Source: Anaerolineae bacterium (lineage in GTDB: Bacteria > Chloroflexota > Anaerolineae > UBA1429). Taken from it: DNA of 64,000 nt. The stretch covers positions 54,595 to 118,594 of the forward strand of contig JAXGON010000006.1 in the NCBI GenBank assembly GCA_040767425.1, written 5' to 3'. Each line of letters begins with the position of its first letter. Positions within the stretch are counted from its first letter, which is position 1. Of the stretch, positions 1 to 8,754 are shown one piece after another. The notes beneath the pieces are model-generated. The model was given only the letters and a program-made list of their open reading frames with translations. It searched no databases and was not told the DNA's origin. A program made the position numbers and the translations under genes.

Positions 1-12
1 TCGATTCGTCAC
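1..12 (-). CDS. possible 5' end of an unidentified CDS running off the left edge
   Basis: GGAGG (rc of 20-24) followed by GTG (12-10) on the minus strand; only 4 codons are visible. Confidence 0.2.
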
Positions 13-68
13 CGTGTTGCCTCCGTTTCTGCGCTAGAGCCAACGATGGCCGAGTGGCCTCGCTGCAT

Positions 69-97
69 TTGCGTCGCCGACGCTCGGGACGTATAAT
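69..97 (+). promoter_or_regulatory. sigma70-type promoter
   Basis: TTGCGT-N17-TATAAT upstream of the FmdB gene. Confidence 0.65.
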
Positions 98-189
98 CGC
101 CCCTTGGTGGCAGGTGCTCACGCCGGATGGCCGCTACGTCAGCCTGAGCCATGCCATGCGAGCGCGAGATCGTTGTTTGGGGGATAGAG

Positions 190-498
190 ATGCCAACGTA
201 CGAGTACCGATGCAAGGAATGCGGTATCGTTTTCGAGCGCTTTCAGCACTTTTCCGAGGAGCCGGTGCGTGTCTGCCCCGAGTGCCAAGGCGCCGTCTAT
301 CGGGTGATTCACCCGGTCGGTATCGTCTTCAAAGGCAAGGGCTTCTATATCACCGACAACCGGGGTGACCGCTCGGCCTTGCTGCCCAAGAATGGGCAGG
401 ACAAGGAAAAGAGCGCATCCAAGGCTGCCGAGCCCGAGAGCGCGACCGCGAGCGATAGCAAGACCAGCACCGCCAAGAACGACACCAAGACTGTCTAG
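190..498 (+). CDS. FmdB-family zinc-ribbon protein
   Basis: MPTYEYRCKECG...CPECQG...GIVFKGKGFYITD signature; low-complexity K/S/T tail. Confidence 0.9.
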   Translation: MPTYEYRCKECGIVFERFQHFSEEPVRVCPECQGAVYRVIHPVGIVFKGKGFYITDNRGDRSALLPKNGQDKEKSASKAAEPESATASDSKTSTAKNDTKTV

Positions 499-538
499 TC
501 CCTCTGCCCGGGCGTATGCCCGCTGGCTTTCCGGGGGG

Positions 539-838
539 CTAGAGCTGGAAACCACCGGTGGACTCGACCACCTTGTAGTCAAAGTCCGTGACGAGGTTGC
601 CCAGCTTGTGGCGGAACTCGGCCCAGGTCTCGGTGCGGAGCGCTTCCTCCATCGACTCGATGTCCTCGGTTACGCCACCAGCCAGGACTTGAGGGCCCTG
701 GCCCCACACAGCGTACCAGGCGTCGGTCGGCTGTATGCCCATCTCCAGCAGGCTCTTCTGAAAGTCGTTCTCCAGAAACTGGAGATACTCGCGTTCCTTG
801 CCCTCTCGGATGTTCCAGGTCATGATCAGCTTGATCAC
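539..838 (-). CDS. hypothetical protein, possible NIPSNAP/dimeric alpha-beta barrel fold
   Basis: GGAGGAG RBS before GTG at 838; TGnTATAGT -10 upstream; coding-like GC3; fold is a guess from the sequence pattern. Confidence 0.7.
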   Translation of the reverse strand: MIKLIMTWNIREGKEREYLQFLENDFQKSLLEMGIQPTDAWYAVWGQGPQVLAGGVTEDIESMEEALRTETWAEFRHKLGNLVTDFDYKVVESTGGFQL

Positions 839-912
839 CGTCTCCTCCATCTGGACAGGACTATAGCAGAGGGCGGCCCAGCCGACAACCAAGCAACACC
901 GGGGGTGGTTCC

Positions 913-1383
913 ATGCGAGCGGTGGTACAGCGGGTGACGCACGGTTCGGTCAGTGTTGATGGCGTCTGTATCGGATCCATCGATCGCGGCCTGGTCATCC
1001 TTCTGGGGGTTGGGCAGGGCGATACCGAGCTAGAGGCCCGCTGGCTGGCGCAAAAGATCGCCAACCTGCGGATCATGGCCGATGATGAGGGGCGCATGAA
1101 CGTCTCGCTGCTGGAGGCCGGTGGTGGCGCCCTGGTGATCTCTCAGTTCACCCTGTACGGTAACGCTCAGCGTGGACGCCGGCCCAGCTACTCGGAGGCC
1201 GCAGCCCCCGAGATCGCCGAGCCACTCGTGAAGCGCTTTTGCGAGCTGCTGGCCGAGGAAGGCGTTGCCCCTGTCGAGACGGGCAGATTCGGCGCCATGA
1301 TGAGGGTGGTCATCCACAACGACGGCCCCGTTACCCTGATCCTCGACACCGATGTCTCGCGCAGTGGGCGCCTCAAGACCTGA
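913..1383 (+). CDS. dtd: D-aminoacyl-tRNA deacylase
   Basis: MRAVVQRV, SQFTL and NDGPVT motifs. Confidence 0.97.
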   Translation: MRAVVQRVTHGSVSVDGVCIGSIDRGLVILLGVGQGDTELEARWLAQKIANLRIMADDEGRMNVSLLEAGGGALVISQFTLYGNAQRGRRPSYSEAAAPEIAEPLVKRFCELLAEEGVAPVETGRFGAMMRVVIHNDGPVTLILDTDVSRSGRLKT

Positions 1384-2275
1384 TCTCCTCGAGGTAGGCC
1401 GCCCAGTGGCTGACGCCCGCCTCGTCGACGGCGCTGCGTAGGCGATCATAGACGGCATCCAGCGAGGCCGGCTCGACCCACAGGATGCTGTCGAGCTCTA
1501 CCGCTGTGGCGCCGCACGCCAACATGGTGAGGACGTCTTGCCACGTCGCGATGCCGCCCCGCCCAATCACGGGTATTCCCGCCGGAACAGCTTCCTGGAC
1601 GGCTTGGGCATAGAGGGGAAGCAGGGCGGGGCTGTGGATCTCGCCCTCTATTAGCCCTCCCGCGGCCGAACGCGCACGACCCCGCGCCGGCGCAGAGACG
1701 ACCAGAGCGTCGGCTCCGGCAGACGCCGCCGCTTCTGCCAGCAGAGCGCCTCTGGTCAGCGGAATGCGCACCAGGCAGGCCTGAAGTGGCGCGCTGGCGA
1801 CTCGTGCGACCATCGCTGCGGCTTCATCGGCCGTTGTGTCAGGTGCAAGGTGCAGCTCGATGCTGGTGAGACCTGTGTCCAGAGCCACCTGGCATAGATG
1901 CTCGCAGTCCTCGGCGCCTTTGGGCGCTATGGACGCGATCAGCGGCAGGTCGCTGTAGGAGCGACAACGGCGTACCAGCCATGCCAGCCGACGCCGCCCG
2001 ATAGCGGCAGAGTGGCTGATCAGGTAGCCCGCGGTGATCGGTTCAACGGTGACCTGGCCGGACCCGTCGACGGCGCCATGTCCTAGGGGCGGCAGCACGA
2101 TGGCTCCCAGCCGCTCGCTGACGCACAGGGCCCGCAAGAGGGCGCCAGAGCCGGCCGCTCCCGCCGCCGCCAGCAGGGGGCTGCGCAGGTGGAGCGGCTC
2201 CTTGCGGCGCGTCCCGAGCTCTAGCGCCAAGGGGTCGGCGCTCCATGGGATCGCATGGTCGCCTGGCGGAGTCAT
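1373..2275 (-). CDS. dihydroorotate dehydrogenase (PyrD)-like FMN barrel, catalytic motifs degenerate
   Basis: LRSPLLAAAG, GAIV, IELHL and IGRGGI...CGATAVE align with the family 1 DHOD layout; NxSCPN is absent. Confidence 0.7.
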   Translation of the reverse strand: MTPPGDHAIPWSADPLALELGTRRKEPLHLRSPLLAAAGAAGSGALLRALCVSERLGAIVLPPLGHGAVDGSGQVTVEPITAGYLISHSAAIGRRRLAWLVRRCRSYSDLPLIASIAPKGAEDCEHLCQVALDTGLTSIELHLAPDTTADEAAAMVARVASAPLQACLVRIPLTRGALLAEAAASAGADALVVSAPARGRARSAAGGLIEGEIHSPALLPLYAQAVQEAVPAGIPVIGRGGIATWQDVLTMLACGATAVELDSILWVEPASLDAVYDRLRSAVDEAGVSHWAAYLEEIRS

Positions 2276-3228
2276 GGCGTCTCGTCGTCCTCAAAGAATC
2301 GGTGGATCGCTCGCGCATAGGCTTCTGCTATGGCGTCCAGAGCCTCTGGGTCCTGCAGCAGCTCGCTCTCACGGTCGTGGGTGAGAAAGAGCGTTTCGCT
2401 GAGCACCCCTGGCATTTCAGAAGGGCGTATGATGCGCTCCGATTCGGGACCGAGCAGGATCAGAAAGCGTCCGCCCTCAGGGGCTGCCTCCAGTTCGTGG
2501 TCCACTTGGATGCCCCGATCGAAGACGTCGTGGCCGATTCCCCTGAGGGCTGCTACCAGCTCTTCCTGGACGAGTGACGCCAGTCGCTTGTTCTGGTCGG
2601 CAAAGGGGCGGTAGGCGTTGTAGAAGGTAACCGTGCCACCAACGTCACCGGCTCGGCTGCCGTCCGGCCAGTAAAAGGCGTTCTGGTGAATGGAAACGAG
2701 GAGATCGGCGCCGGCGGCGTTCACCATGTCGATCCGCGTCTGGAGATCGTCCCGGCTATCGACGATGCCGTCGCCGTTCACGTCCAGGCCTTCTGGATTG
2801 AGGCCATAGTCGCCATCCCTGGTGAGCAGCACCCGGTACCCGAGGTCTGTCAAGGCGTCCCCCACGCGTAAGGCGATGGCGAGGTTGACATCACTCTCGG
2901 TGTAGGCCAGCGATCCATCACTGTGCACGCGCACCGCGCCCAGGTCTGGTCCGCCGTGTCCCGCGTCGATGGCCACCAGCGGCGGGAGTGGCGTCGGATT
3001 GGGCGTCAGCGTGGGGACCGGGGTGGCGGTGGGTGTGGGGGGTAGCAAAGTGGGGGTAGGCGGCATTGGCGTGTGGGTGGCGGTGGCCGTCACGGTGATC
3101 GACACCGTGGTTGTGACCGTCGGCGCATCGGGCGTGTCGAGCGCTCCCCCAGCGACGGGGGCGCACGACACGACTGCCAAGGCGAGTGCAAGCAGTGATG
3201 CAAACAACAGAAGCGATCTCACCAGCAT
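2272..3228 (-). CDS. N-acetylmuramoyl-L-alanine amidase (Amidase_3), lipoprotein
   Basis: lipobox AVVSC; Pro/Thr-rich linker; IDAGHGG, TESDVNL, SIHQNA and terminal E motifs; GAGGAG RBS. Confidence 0.9.
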   Translation of the reverse strand: MLVRSLLLFASLLALALAVVSCAPVAGGALDTPDAPTVTTTVSITVTATATHTPMPPTPTLLPPTPTATPVPTLTPNPTPLPPLVAIDAGHGGPDLGAVRVHSDGSLAYTESDVNLAIALRVGDALTDLGYRVLLTRDGDYGLNPEGLDVNGDGIVDSRDDLQTRIDMVNAAGADLLVSIHQNAFYWPDGSRAGDVGGTVTFYNAYRPFADQNKRLASLVQEELVAALRGIGHDVFDRGIQVDHELEAAPEGGRFLILLGPESERIIRPSEMPGVLSETLFLTHDRESELLQDPEALDAIAEAYARAIHRFFEDDETP

Positions 3229-3235
3229 AGACTCC

Positions 3236-4027
3236 TCAAGCGTAGGCCAAGTCGGCCAAGTCAAAGACGGGCCCGTCGGTGCAGATGCGCCTCCAGCCTC
3301 GGCTCGTCTCCACCAGGCAGGCGTCGCAACAGCCCAGGCCGCAGTGGAGCTCTCCCCACAGCCAGCCTTCGGCTCGTCCCCGGCGGAGGCCCGCGGGGCT
3401 CCGCCGATAGTGCGTGATAGCGGTATGGTAGAGGGCCGGAAGCTCGCCGCCCATGGCCGGCCCAGCCAACGCCACACGGCTGGCCCACGACAGCCCCTCG
3501 GCGACGGCCTCCTCCCAACGAGGGTCCTGTTCGGCGCCGGCAAAGCCCAGGTACTCGATGTCAGCCGGGATCAGCTCTCGGGGAGGTAGCTGACGCTCGG
3601 TGGCCGCCGATACCAGCAGCTGTACGCTGCAGTTCGCTCGGTCCAGCAGAGCGGCCGCGGCTGTCCAGCCCCCGCCCTGGACGATCACCGCCAAGGCATC
3701 CGTGGGATGGGGAAGGGTATAGCCGTTCCCGCAAGGGCCCACCAGGTCGACCTGATCACCTGGGCGCCGCTGCGCGAGCCAGCGCAGGTCGGGGTTATCA
3801 GGGCGCACCAGGAGCCCGATGCCATCCGCCAGCAGGCGATGGATGGGCACGGCCTGGCGCAGATACGGATCCAGGCCGCTGCCGCAACGGGCCATCACGA
3901 ACTGCCCTGGGGTTGCCTGCGAGAGCGACGGCGCATGCAGAAGGAGCAGGCGGCTGCCTGGCAGCGCGTCGCTCACCGCCGCGACCGTCGCCTGATGCTG
4001 CCTGAGGCCGTGCCCGCTAGCCGCCAT
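3236..4027 (-). CDS. PyrK-like FAD/2Fe-2S electron transfer subunit (divergent)
   Basis: PGQFVM, GPCGNG and CGLGCCDAC...CTDGPVF motifs. Confidence 0.8.
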   Translation of the reverse strand: MAASGHGLRQHQATVAAVSDALPGSRLLLLHAPSLSQATPGQFVMARCGSGLDPYLRQAVPIHRLLADGIGLLVRPDNPDLRWLAQRRPGDQVDLVGPCGNGYTLPHPTDALAVIVQGGGWTAAAALLDRANCSVQLLVSAATERQLPPRELIPADIEYLGFAGAEQDPRWEEAVAEGLSWASRVALAGPAMGGELPALYHTAITHYRRSPAGLRRGRAEGWLWGELHCGLGCCDACLVETSRGWRRICTDGPVFDLADLAYA

Positions 4028-4787
4028 GGATCAGCCACACCGAAGCGGCCGCCAACGCGGCGCATACGGGCACCAGCGGCAGCCATTGGCGCCAATCGGA
4101 CCAGCCGATCAGACGGCTGCCAAGCGGCAGCAGGGCAACCATCGCCAGGGTCAGCACCAACCATTGCACGAGGTACAGCCTTTGCCAGGGCCTGCGACGT
4201 GTGGGGGGCACGAGGGCGTGCCAGGCGCGCTGCACCTGGGCCTGGGTAGCATCGAGCGAGCCCGCATTGTCGATGACGACGTCCGCCCGCGCGACCTTGA
4301 GGCTGGGATCGGGCTGGGCGTCAATGCGCTGTGCCGCCTGAGCGCCATTGAGGCCCCGCGTCTCTATCAAGCGTTGCAGTTGGATCTCTCGCGGGCAGGT
4401 GGTCACCCAGATGGCGTCACAGTAGCGATCGAGGCCTGCCTCTAGCAGCTTGATGGCCTCGATCACCACGGCTGGTGCATCGGCCCGCTCCAAGCGACGT
4501 CTGATCTCGGCCTCGACGGCGGGGTGGACGAGGGCCTCTAGATCGGCCAACGCCTTTGGATCGGCAAAGACGATGGCGCCCAGCGCCTTGCGGTCGATGG
4601 CGCCATCAGCTGCCAAGATCGACTCGCCAAAGCGGTCGATGATGGCCCGATGCACATCGCTGCCGTGCGCCTGCACCTCGTGAGCCACGATATCGGCATC
4701 GATGACCTCAGCACCGAGGTCCGCCAGCATGCGCGCGACGGTGCTCTTGCCCGTGGCGATATTCCCCGTGAGGCCAATCACGACCAT
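4017..4787 (-). CDS. coaE: dephospho-CoA kinase with C-terminal hydrophobic extension
   Basis: GLTGNIATGKST P-loop; IDAD, LEALVHP and IDNAGS motifs. Confidence 0.93.
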   Translation of the reverse strand: MVVIGLTGNIATGKSTVARMLADLGAEVIDADIVAHEVQAHGSDVHRAIIDRFGESILAADGAIDRKALGAIVFADPKALADLEALVHPAVEAEIRRRLERADAPAVVIEAIKLLEAGLDRYCDAIWVTTCPREIQLQRLIETRGLNGAQAAQRIDAQPDPSLKVARADVVIDNAGSLDATQAQVQRAWHALVPPTRRRPWQRLYLVQWLVLTLAMVALLPLGSRLIGWSDWRQWLPLVPVCAALAAASVWLIHGG

Positions 4788-4791
4788 GCCG

Positions 4792-6708
4792 CTAGCTTTC
4801 CTGCAGGGCGCTGGCGAGCCGCTCCCATTCGGCCAAGCGTTCGGCCAGCTCGGTCTCTATCTCGGCAAAGGTTCCGCTCAACTCGCGCAAACGCAGCACC
4901 TCCTGGGCCTGGCTAGCTTGCGCGATCTCTTGTTGCAGGGTATCGAGTTGCTGTTCCAGGGCATGGATCTGTTCCTCGATCTCCTGGGTGACACGAGCCT
5001 GACGCTGTTCGGTGCGACGGGGGCGCGGCGCGCTTTGGGGGGCGGTTTGGGTGGCCGTCGTGTCTGCTTGGCTGGCCTCGGCGGCGGCCAGGGCACGGGC
5101 CTCTACATAGGCCGAGTAGCTGCCCTCGAACTGCTCCATGCGGCCGTCGCGCACGACCCAGACGTGGGATGCGACGGCATCGACCAAGTAGCGGTCGTGC
5201 GAGACGAACAACAGCGTGCCGTTATAGCTAGATAATACTTGCTCGAGCACCTCGCGCGAAGTGACGTCGAGGTGGGTGGTCGGCTCGTCCAGGATCAGCC
5301 AGTTGGCGCCGCGGAGGGTCAGGATGGCCAGCCCCAAGCGTGAGCGCTCGCCACCCGAAAGCGTCCCAACGCGCTTGTCCACGGCATCTCGCGCAAAGAG
5401 AAAGCGAGCCAGGTGATGGAGCGCCTGGTCGCGCTTCAAGTTGCTCTCGGCCATGAGCTGCTCGAGCACGGTCAGGTTGGGGTCGAACCAGTCATGCGTC
5501 TGGGGCAGGTAGCCGATGCGAACGCTGGCGCCGCGACGCAGCCTCCCTTCCAGGGGCTCCATCTCGCCCATGAGAGTCCGCAGCAGGGTGGTCTTGCCGC
5601 AGCCGTTGGTCCCCAGTAGGGCGACCCGATCTCCACGCTCGATGCGCAGCTCTCCCGTTTCGAACAGGCGCAGGGGTCGCTCTGTATCAGTCTCGGCAGC
5701 GGGCACGGTGGGATAGCCCACGGTGATGCCATCACTGGTCAGCACCTCGTCCCCAGAGCGCAACGCCGCCCGCATACGCAGGCCCATGGCGTGTCGCTCT
5801 TTGGGCGGCTGGATGCGTTCTAGGTGCTCGAGTTGCTTTTCGCGGCCGCGGGCCTGCTTGCTGCGCTGACCCGCCTTATAGCGTCGGATGAACGCCTCGG
5901 TGCGTTCGATGACCTCTTGCTGTTCCTCATACTCACGGCGTTGCCGCTCGCGCCGATGGGCCCGCTCCACCAGGTAGGCGCTATAGTTGCCGCGATAGGT
6001 CTCCACCGAGCCGCCCTCGAGCTCCCAGATGCGGTTGGCCACCTGGTCGAGAAAGTAGCGGTCGTGGGAGACGATCAGAAGGCTCCGTGACCAGGCCTGG
6101 AGATAGGATTCGAGCCATTCCAGGGCGTCCAGGTCGAGATAGTTGGTGGGCTCGTCGAGCACCAAAAGATCAGGTTCCTGCAGCAGGAGCTTGGCCAGGA
6201 GCGCCCGCGTTACCTGCCCGCCGCTGAGCACGGCGATGGGCCAGGAGAGGGTCTCCTCGGCAAAGCCGATCCCCCCCAAGACGCGGCGGATGCGGCTCTC
6301 GTAGGTATAGCCGCCCGCGCGCTCAAATCGCTCCTCGGCGCGGGCATAGGCGTCCAGCAGCTCCGTGTCGTGGGGTCGTTGGGATAGCTCATCGGCCAAA
6401 GAGAGGAGCTTGGCCTGTTGTGCTCGCAGCGCGTCAAACACGGTCAGCATTTCATCCAGCAGTGTACGGTCACTCTCCAAGGTGGGCACCTGGGGGAGGT
6501 ACGCCATGGCGAGGCCTCTACTGCGTTGTACGGTGCCAGAGGTGGGCTCGAGCTGGCCCAACACAATGCGCAGCAACGTGGTCTTGCCCTCGCCGTTGGG
6601 GCCCACGAGGCCGATCTTGTCGCCGTGGCCAATGCTCAGACTGACGCCCGCGAACACATCTTGGGCGCCATAGTACATGCCGATATTCTGCAGCGTTACG
6701 ATGGACAT
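4792..6708 (-). CDS. ABC-F family ATP-binding protein
   Basis: two NBDs (GPNGEGKT/LSGGQ/LDEPTN and GTNGCGKT/LSGGE/LDEPT), PtIM-like linker, C-terminal coiled coil, no TM segments. Confidence 0.95.
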   Translation of the reverse strand: MSIVTLQNIGMYYGAQDVFAGVSLSIGHGDKIGLVGPNGEGKTTLLRIVLGQLEPTSGTVQRSRGLAMAYLPQVPTLESDRTLLDEMLTVFDALRAQQAKLLSLADELSQRPHDTELLDAYARAEERFERAGGYTYESRIRRVLGGIGFAEETLSWPIAVLSGGQVTRALLAKLLLQEPDLLVLDEPTNYLDLDALEWLESYLQAWSRSLLIVSHDRYFLDQVANRIWELEGGSVETYRGNYSAYLVERAHRRERQRREYEEQQEVIERTEAFIRRYKAGQRSKQARGREKQLEHLERIQPPKERHAMGLRMRAALRSGDEVLTSDGITVGYPTVPAAETDTERPLRLFETGELRIERGDRVALLGTNGCGKTTLLRTLMGEMEPLEGRLRRGASVRIGYLPQTHDWFDPNLTVLEQLMAESNLKRDQALHHLARFLFARDAVDKRVGTLSGGERSRLGLAILTLRGANWLILDEPTTHLDVTSREVLEQVLSSYNGTLLFVSHDRYLVDAVASHVWVVRDGRMEQFEGSYSAYVEARALAAAEASQADTTATQTAPQSAPRPRRTEQRQARVTQEIEEQIHALEQQLDTLQQEIAQASQAQEVLRLRELSGTFAEIETELAERLAEWERLASALQES

Positions 6709-6738
6709 GATGATCTCCGTGCGGATGGAACGAGCTCG

Positions 6739-6767
6739 ATTATAGCATGCTGCGTCAGCCTCACCAA
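6739..6767 (-). promoter_or_regulatory. sigma70-type promoter of the ABC-F/coaE/pyrK-like operon
   Basis: TTGGTG-N17-TATAAT with TG extension. Confidence 0.65.
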
Positions 6768-6798
6768 TGACCCTGGTCGGGCATCCGAGCGCAGCGGG

Positions 6799-6827
6799 TT
6801 GGCTCAAGGCGACCCGCCTCCTATAAT
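6799..6827 (+). promoter_or_regulatory. sigma70-type promoter
   Basis: TTGGCT-N17-TATAAT. Confidence 0.6.
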
Positions 6828-6850
6828 CCAGGCTCAAGGAAGGAGGCGCG

Positions 6851-7219
6851 GTGCGGCGTCGGTGGTTCGCAGTGGTGACGGGGTTCTTGGCAGTGTTGTT
6901 GTGGGTGGCGGTGGGGGCGTTGGTGAACATGCGGCCTCCCACCACGGCCTTTCAGGCGCTGTTTGTGCTCCTTGTGGCCCTGGCCGTTGCCGCCACGGTG
7001 ATGCCGCTCATCTATCTCGTACAAGCACGGCAGCTGGGGGCGCTGTACCTGGCGCCGCCGTGGCGTAACGCGGCCCGTCAGGGCTTGTTGGTGGGAGTGT
7101 TGTGCGGGGCCTTGGTGGCTTTGCGCCTGGTAGGAGCTTTGACCCTTACCAGCGGCCTGTTGGTGGCAGTGCTGCTGGCATCCTTTGAGCTGCTGGTCTG
7201 GCTACGACGTCGCTATTAG
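6851..7219 (+). CDS. small 4-TM membrane protein, unknown function
   Basis: AGGAGG RBS; four hydrophobic segments. Confidence 0.8.
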   Translation: MRRRWFAVVTGFLAVLLWVAVGALVNMRPPTTAFQALFVLLVALAVAATVMPLIYLVQARQLGALYLAPPWRNAARQGLLVGVLCGALVALRLVGALTLTSGLLVAVLLASFELLVWLRRRY

Positions 7220-7255
7220 CCAACAGCATGCTGCCACTGCCAACCGAGGACGTGC

Positions 7256-7286
7256 AAAGGGGATGGCTCATCGAGCCATCCCCTTT
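7256..7286. terminator. bidirectional intrinsic terminator
   Basis: perfect 14-bp stem AAAGGGGATGGCTC-ATC-GAGCCATCCCCTTT between convergent genes. Confidence 0.85.
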
Positions 7287-7309
7287 GTGGTGTGGGGTAA
7301 CGGGGACTA

Positions 7310-8410
7310 CTAGTGAATCGCGAGCTCGGTGTCGCGGTCGAACACGTGCATGTTGTCCATGTTAAAGTAGAGCTCTACTTCCTGGCCAACACGGGCGACG
7401 GTACGCGGGTCCACGCGAGCGATATAGTTCTTGTTCCCAGAGACCATGTAGAGGTAGACCTCGTTGCCCATGAGCTCGGTCACGTCCACCTTGGAGGTCA
7501 CGCTAGCCGCGGTGATGCCAGGAGGCGCGTACTGCGGGTCATGGATGTCCTCGGGGCGGATGCCCAAGACGACCTCTTTGCCGAGATAGTCAAAGAGCGG
7601 GGGCGCCTTTTCCGCGGGAACCTTGACCTTGAAGCTGCCAGCGTCGAGGTACACGTCCTCTTTGGTGCCCGTGACCGTGACATCGAAAAAGTTCATGGCA
7701 GGGCTGCCAATAAAGCCAGCCACAAAGATGTTGGCGGGCGAGTTGTACAGCGTCTGCGGGGTGTCGCACTGCTGGAGGATGCCATCGCGCATCACCGCAA
7801 TGCGGGTGCCCATGGTCATGGCCTCAACCTGGTCATGCGTCACATAGATGAACGTGGTCTCGAGGCGCTGATGCAGCTTGGACAGCTCGGCGCGCGTCGA
7901 CACGCGCAGCTTGGCGTCCAGGTTCGACAGCGGCTCGTCCATGAGGAACACGGCTGGCTCACGCACGATGGCGCGGCCGAGGGCCACACGCTGGCGCTGA
8001 CCACCAGACAGCTGCTTGGGCTTGCGGTCCAGCAGCTCCTCGATGCCCAAGATGCCCGCAGACTCTTTTACGCGGCGGTCGATCTCGGCCTTGGGGGTCT
8101 TGCGAAGTTTGAGGCCAAAGGCCATGTTGTCGTACACGCTCATGTGCGGGTACAGAGCATAGCTCTGGAACACCATGGCGATGTCGCGGTCCTTGGGAGC
8201 CACGTCATTGACCAGACGGTCGCCGATGTAGAGATTGCCCTCGGAGAGCTCCTCCAGGCCAGCCAGGAGGCGCAGGGAGGTCGTCTTGCCGCAACCCGAG
8301 GGGCCTACGAACACGAGAAACTCTTTGTCGGCGATCTCGATGGATAGGTCGTTCACAGCGATGACGTCACCAAAGCGCTTGGTGACATGCTCGTACGTTA
8401 CACTCGCCAT
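7310..8410 (-). CDS. sugar ABC transporter ATPase (MalK/MsiK/UgpC family)
   Basis: GPSGCGKTT, VFQSYALYPH, LSGGQRQRV, DEPLSNLD, THDQVEAM motifs and TOBE domain; AAGGAG RBS; no permease adjacent. Confidence 0.96.
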   Translation of the reverse strand: MASVTYEHVTKRFGDVIAVNDLSIEIADKEFLVFVGPSGCGKTTSLRLLAGLEELSEGNLYIGDRLVNDVAPKDRDIAMVFQSYALYPHMSVYDNMAFGLKLRKTPKAEIDRRVKESAGILGIEELLDRKPKQLSGGQRQRVALGRAIVREPAVFLMDEPLSNLDAKLRVSTRAELSKLHQRLETTFIYVTHDQVEAMTMGTRIAVMRDGILQQCDTPQTLYNSPANIFVAGFIGSPAMNFFDVTVTGTKEDVYLDAGSFKVKVPAEKAPPLFDYLGKEVVLGIRPEDIHDPQYAPPGITAASVTSKVDVTELMGNEVYLYMVSGNKNYIARVDPRTVARVGQEVELYFNMDNMHVFDRDTELAIH

Positions 8411-8693
8411 CAGAAACTCCTTATGGTGTGATGCGACCAGGCTTTTGCCCGTCGCTGTGCCCCCAGAGACAGAGGGGGCGTTCGGGCTCATAGCGATGGC
8501 AGAACTGTTCGGTCAGGCGAACGCCTGGGCACAAGGCCAAAACCGTCCATCGCGGAGCCACCTGGTAAGCGAACGACGCCGCCGGGACCGTTTACGTACC
8601 TCGATAGGCTACCCTCCTGACGCGACTGCGCCCCTGAACTGTCAACGCGAAACGTTGATCGAGCCTTTATCAAAGAGGCTCGCGACGAATGCC

Positions 8694-8722
8694 AGCTTAC
8701 CCAAGGGTAGATGCGCCGTCAA
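8694..8722 (-). promoter_or_regulatory. sigma70-type promoter ~280 nt upstream of the MalK/MsiK-like gene
   Basis: TTGACG-N17-TAAGCT. Confidence 0.55.
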
Positions 8723-8754
8723 CCGCCAGCGGCGGTTTTGGTGCATGCGGCGGT

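Noticed and set aside
2990-3130. Repetitive GT/CA-rich tract
   Set aside because: Encodes the Pro/Thr linker of the amidase; not a DNA repeat array or CRISPR.
6738-6748. Recurrent CGATTATAGCA motif (also near 47605 and 61529)
   Set aside because: It is the reverse complement of the extended -10 TGCTATAATCG, not a dispersed repeat or uptake sequence.
7313-8347. 344-aa plus-strand ORF
   Set aside because: Antisense shadow of the MalK-like gene, typical of high-GC3 DNA; no motifs or RBS.
8630-8700. CCTGAAC...AATGCCAGC resembling the 3' half of a TPP riboswitch
   Set aside because: Wrong strand for the downstream gene, no CUGAGA element, and it overlaps a promoter -10.
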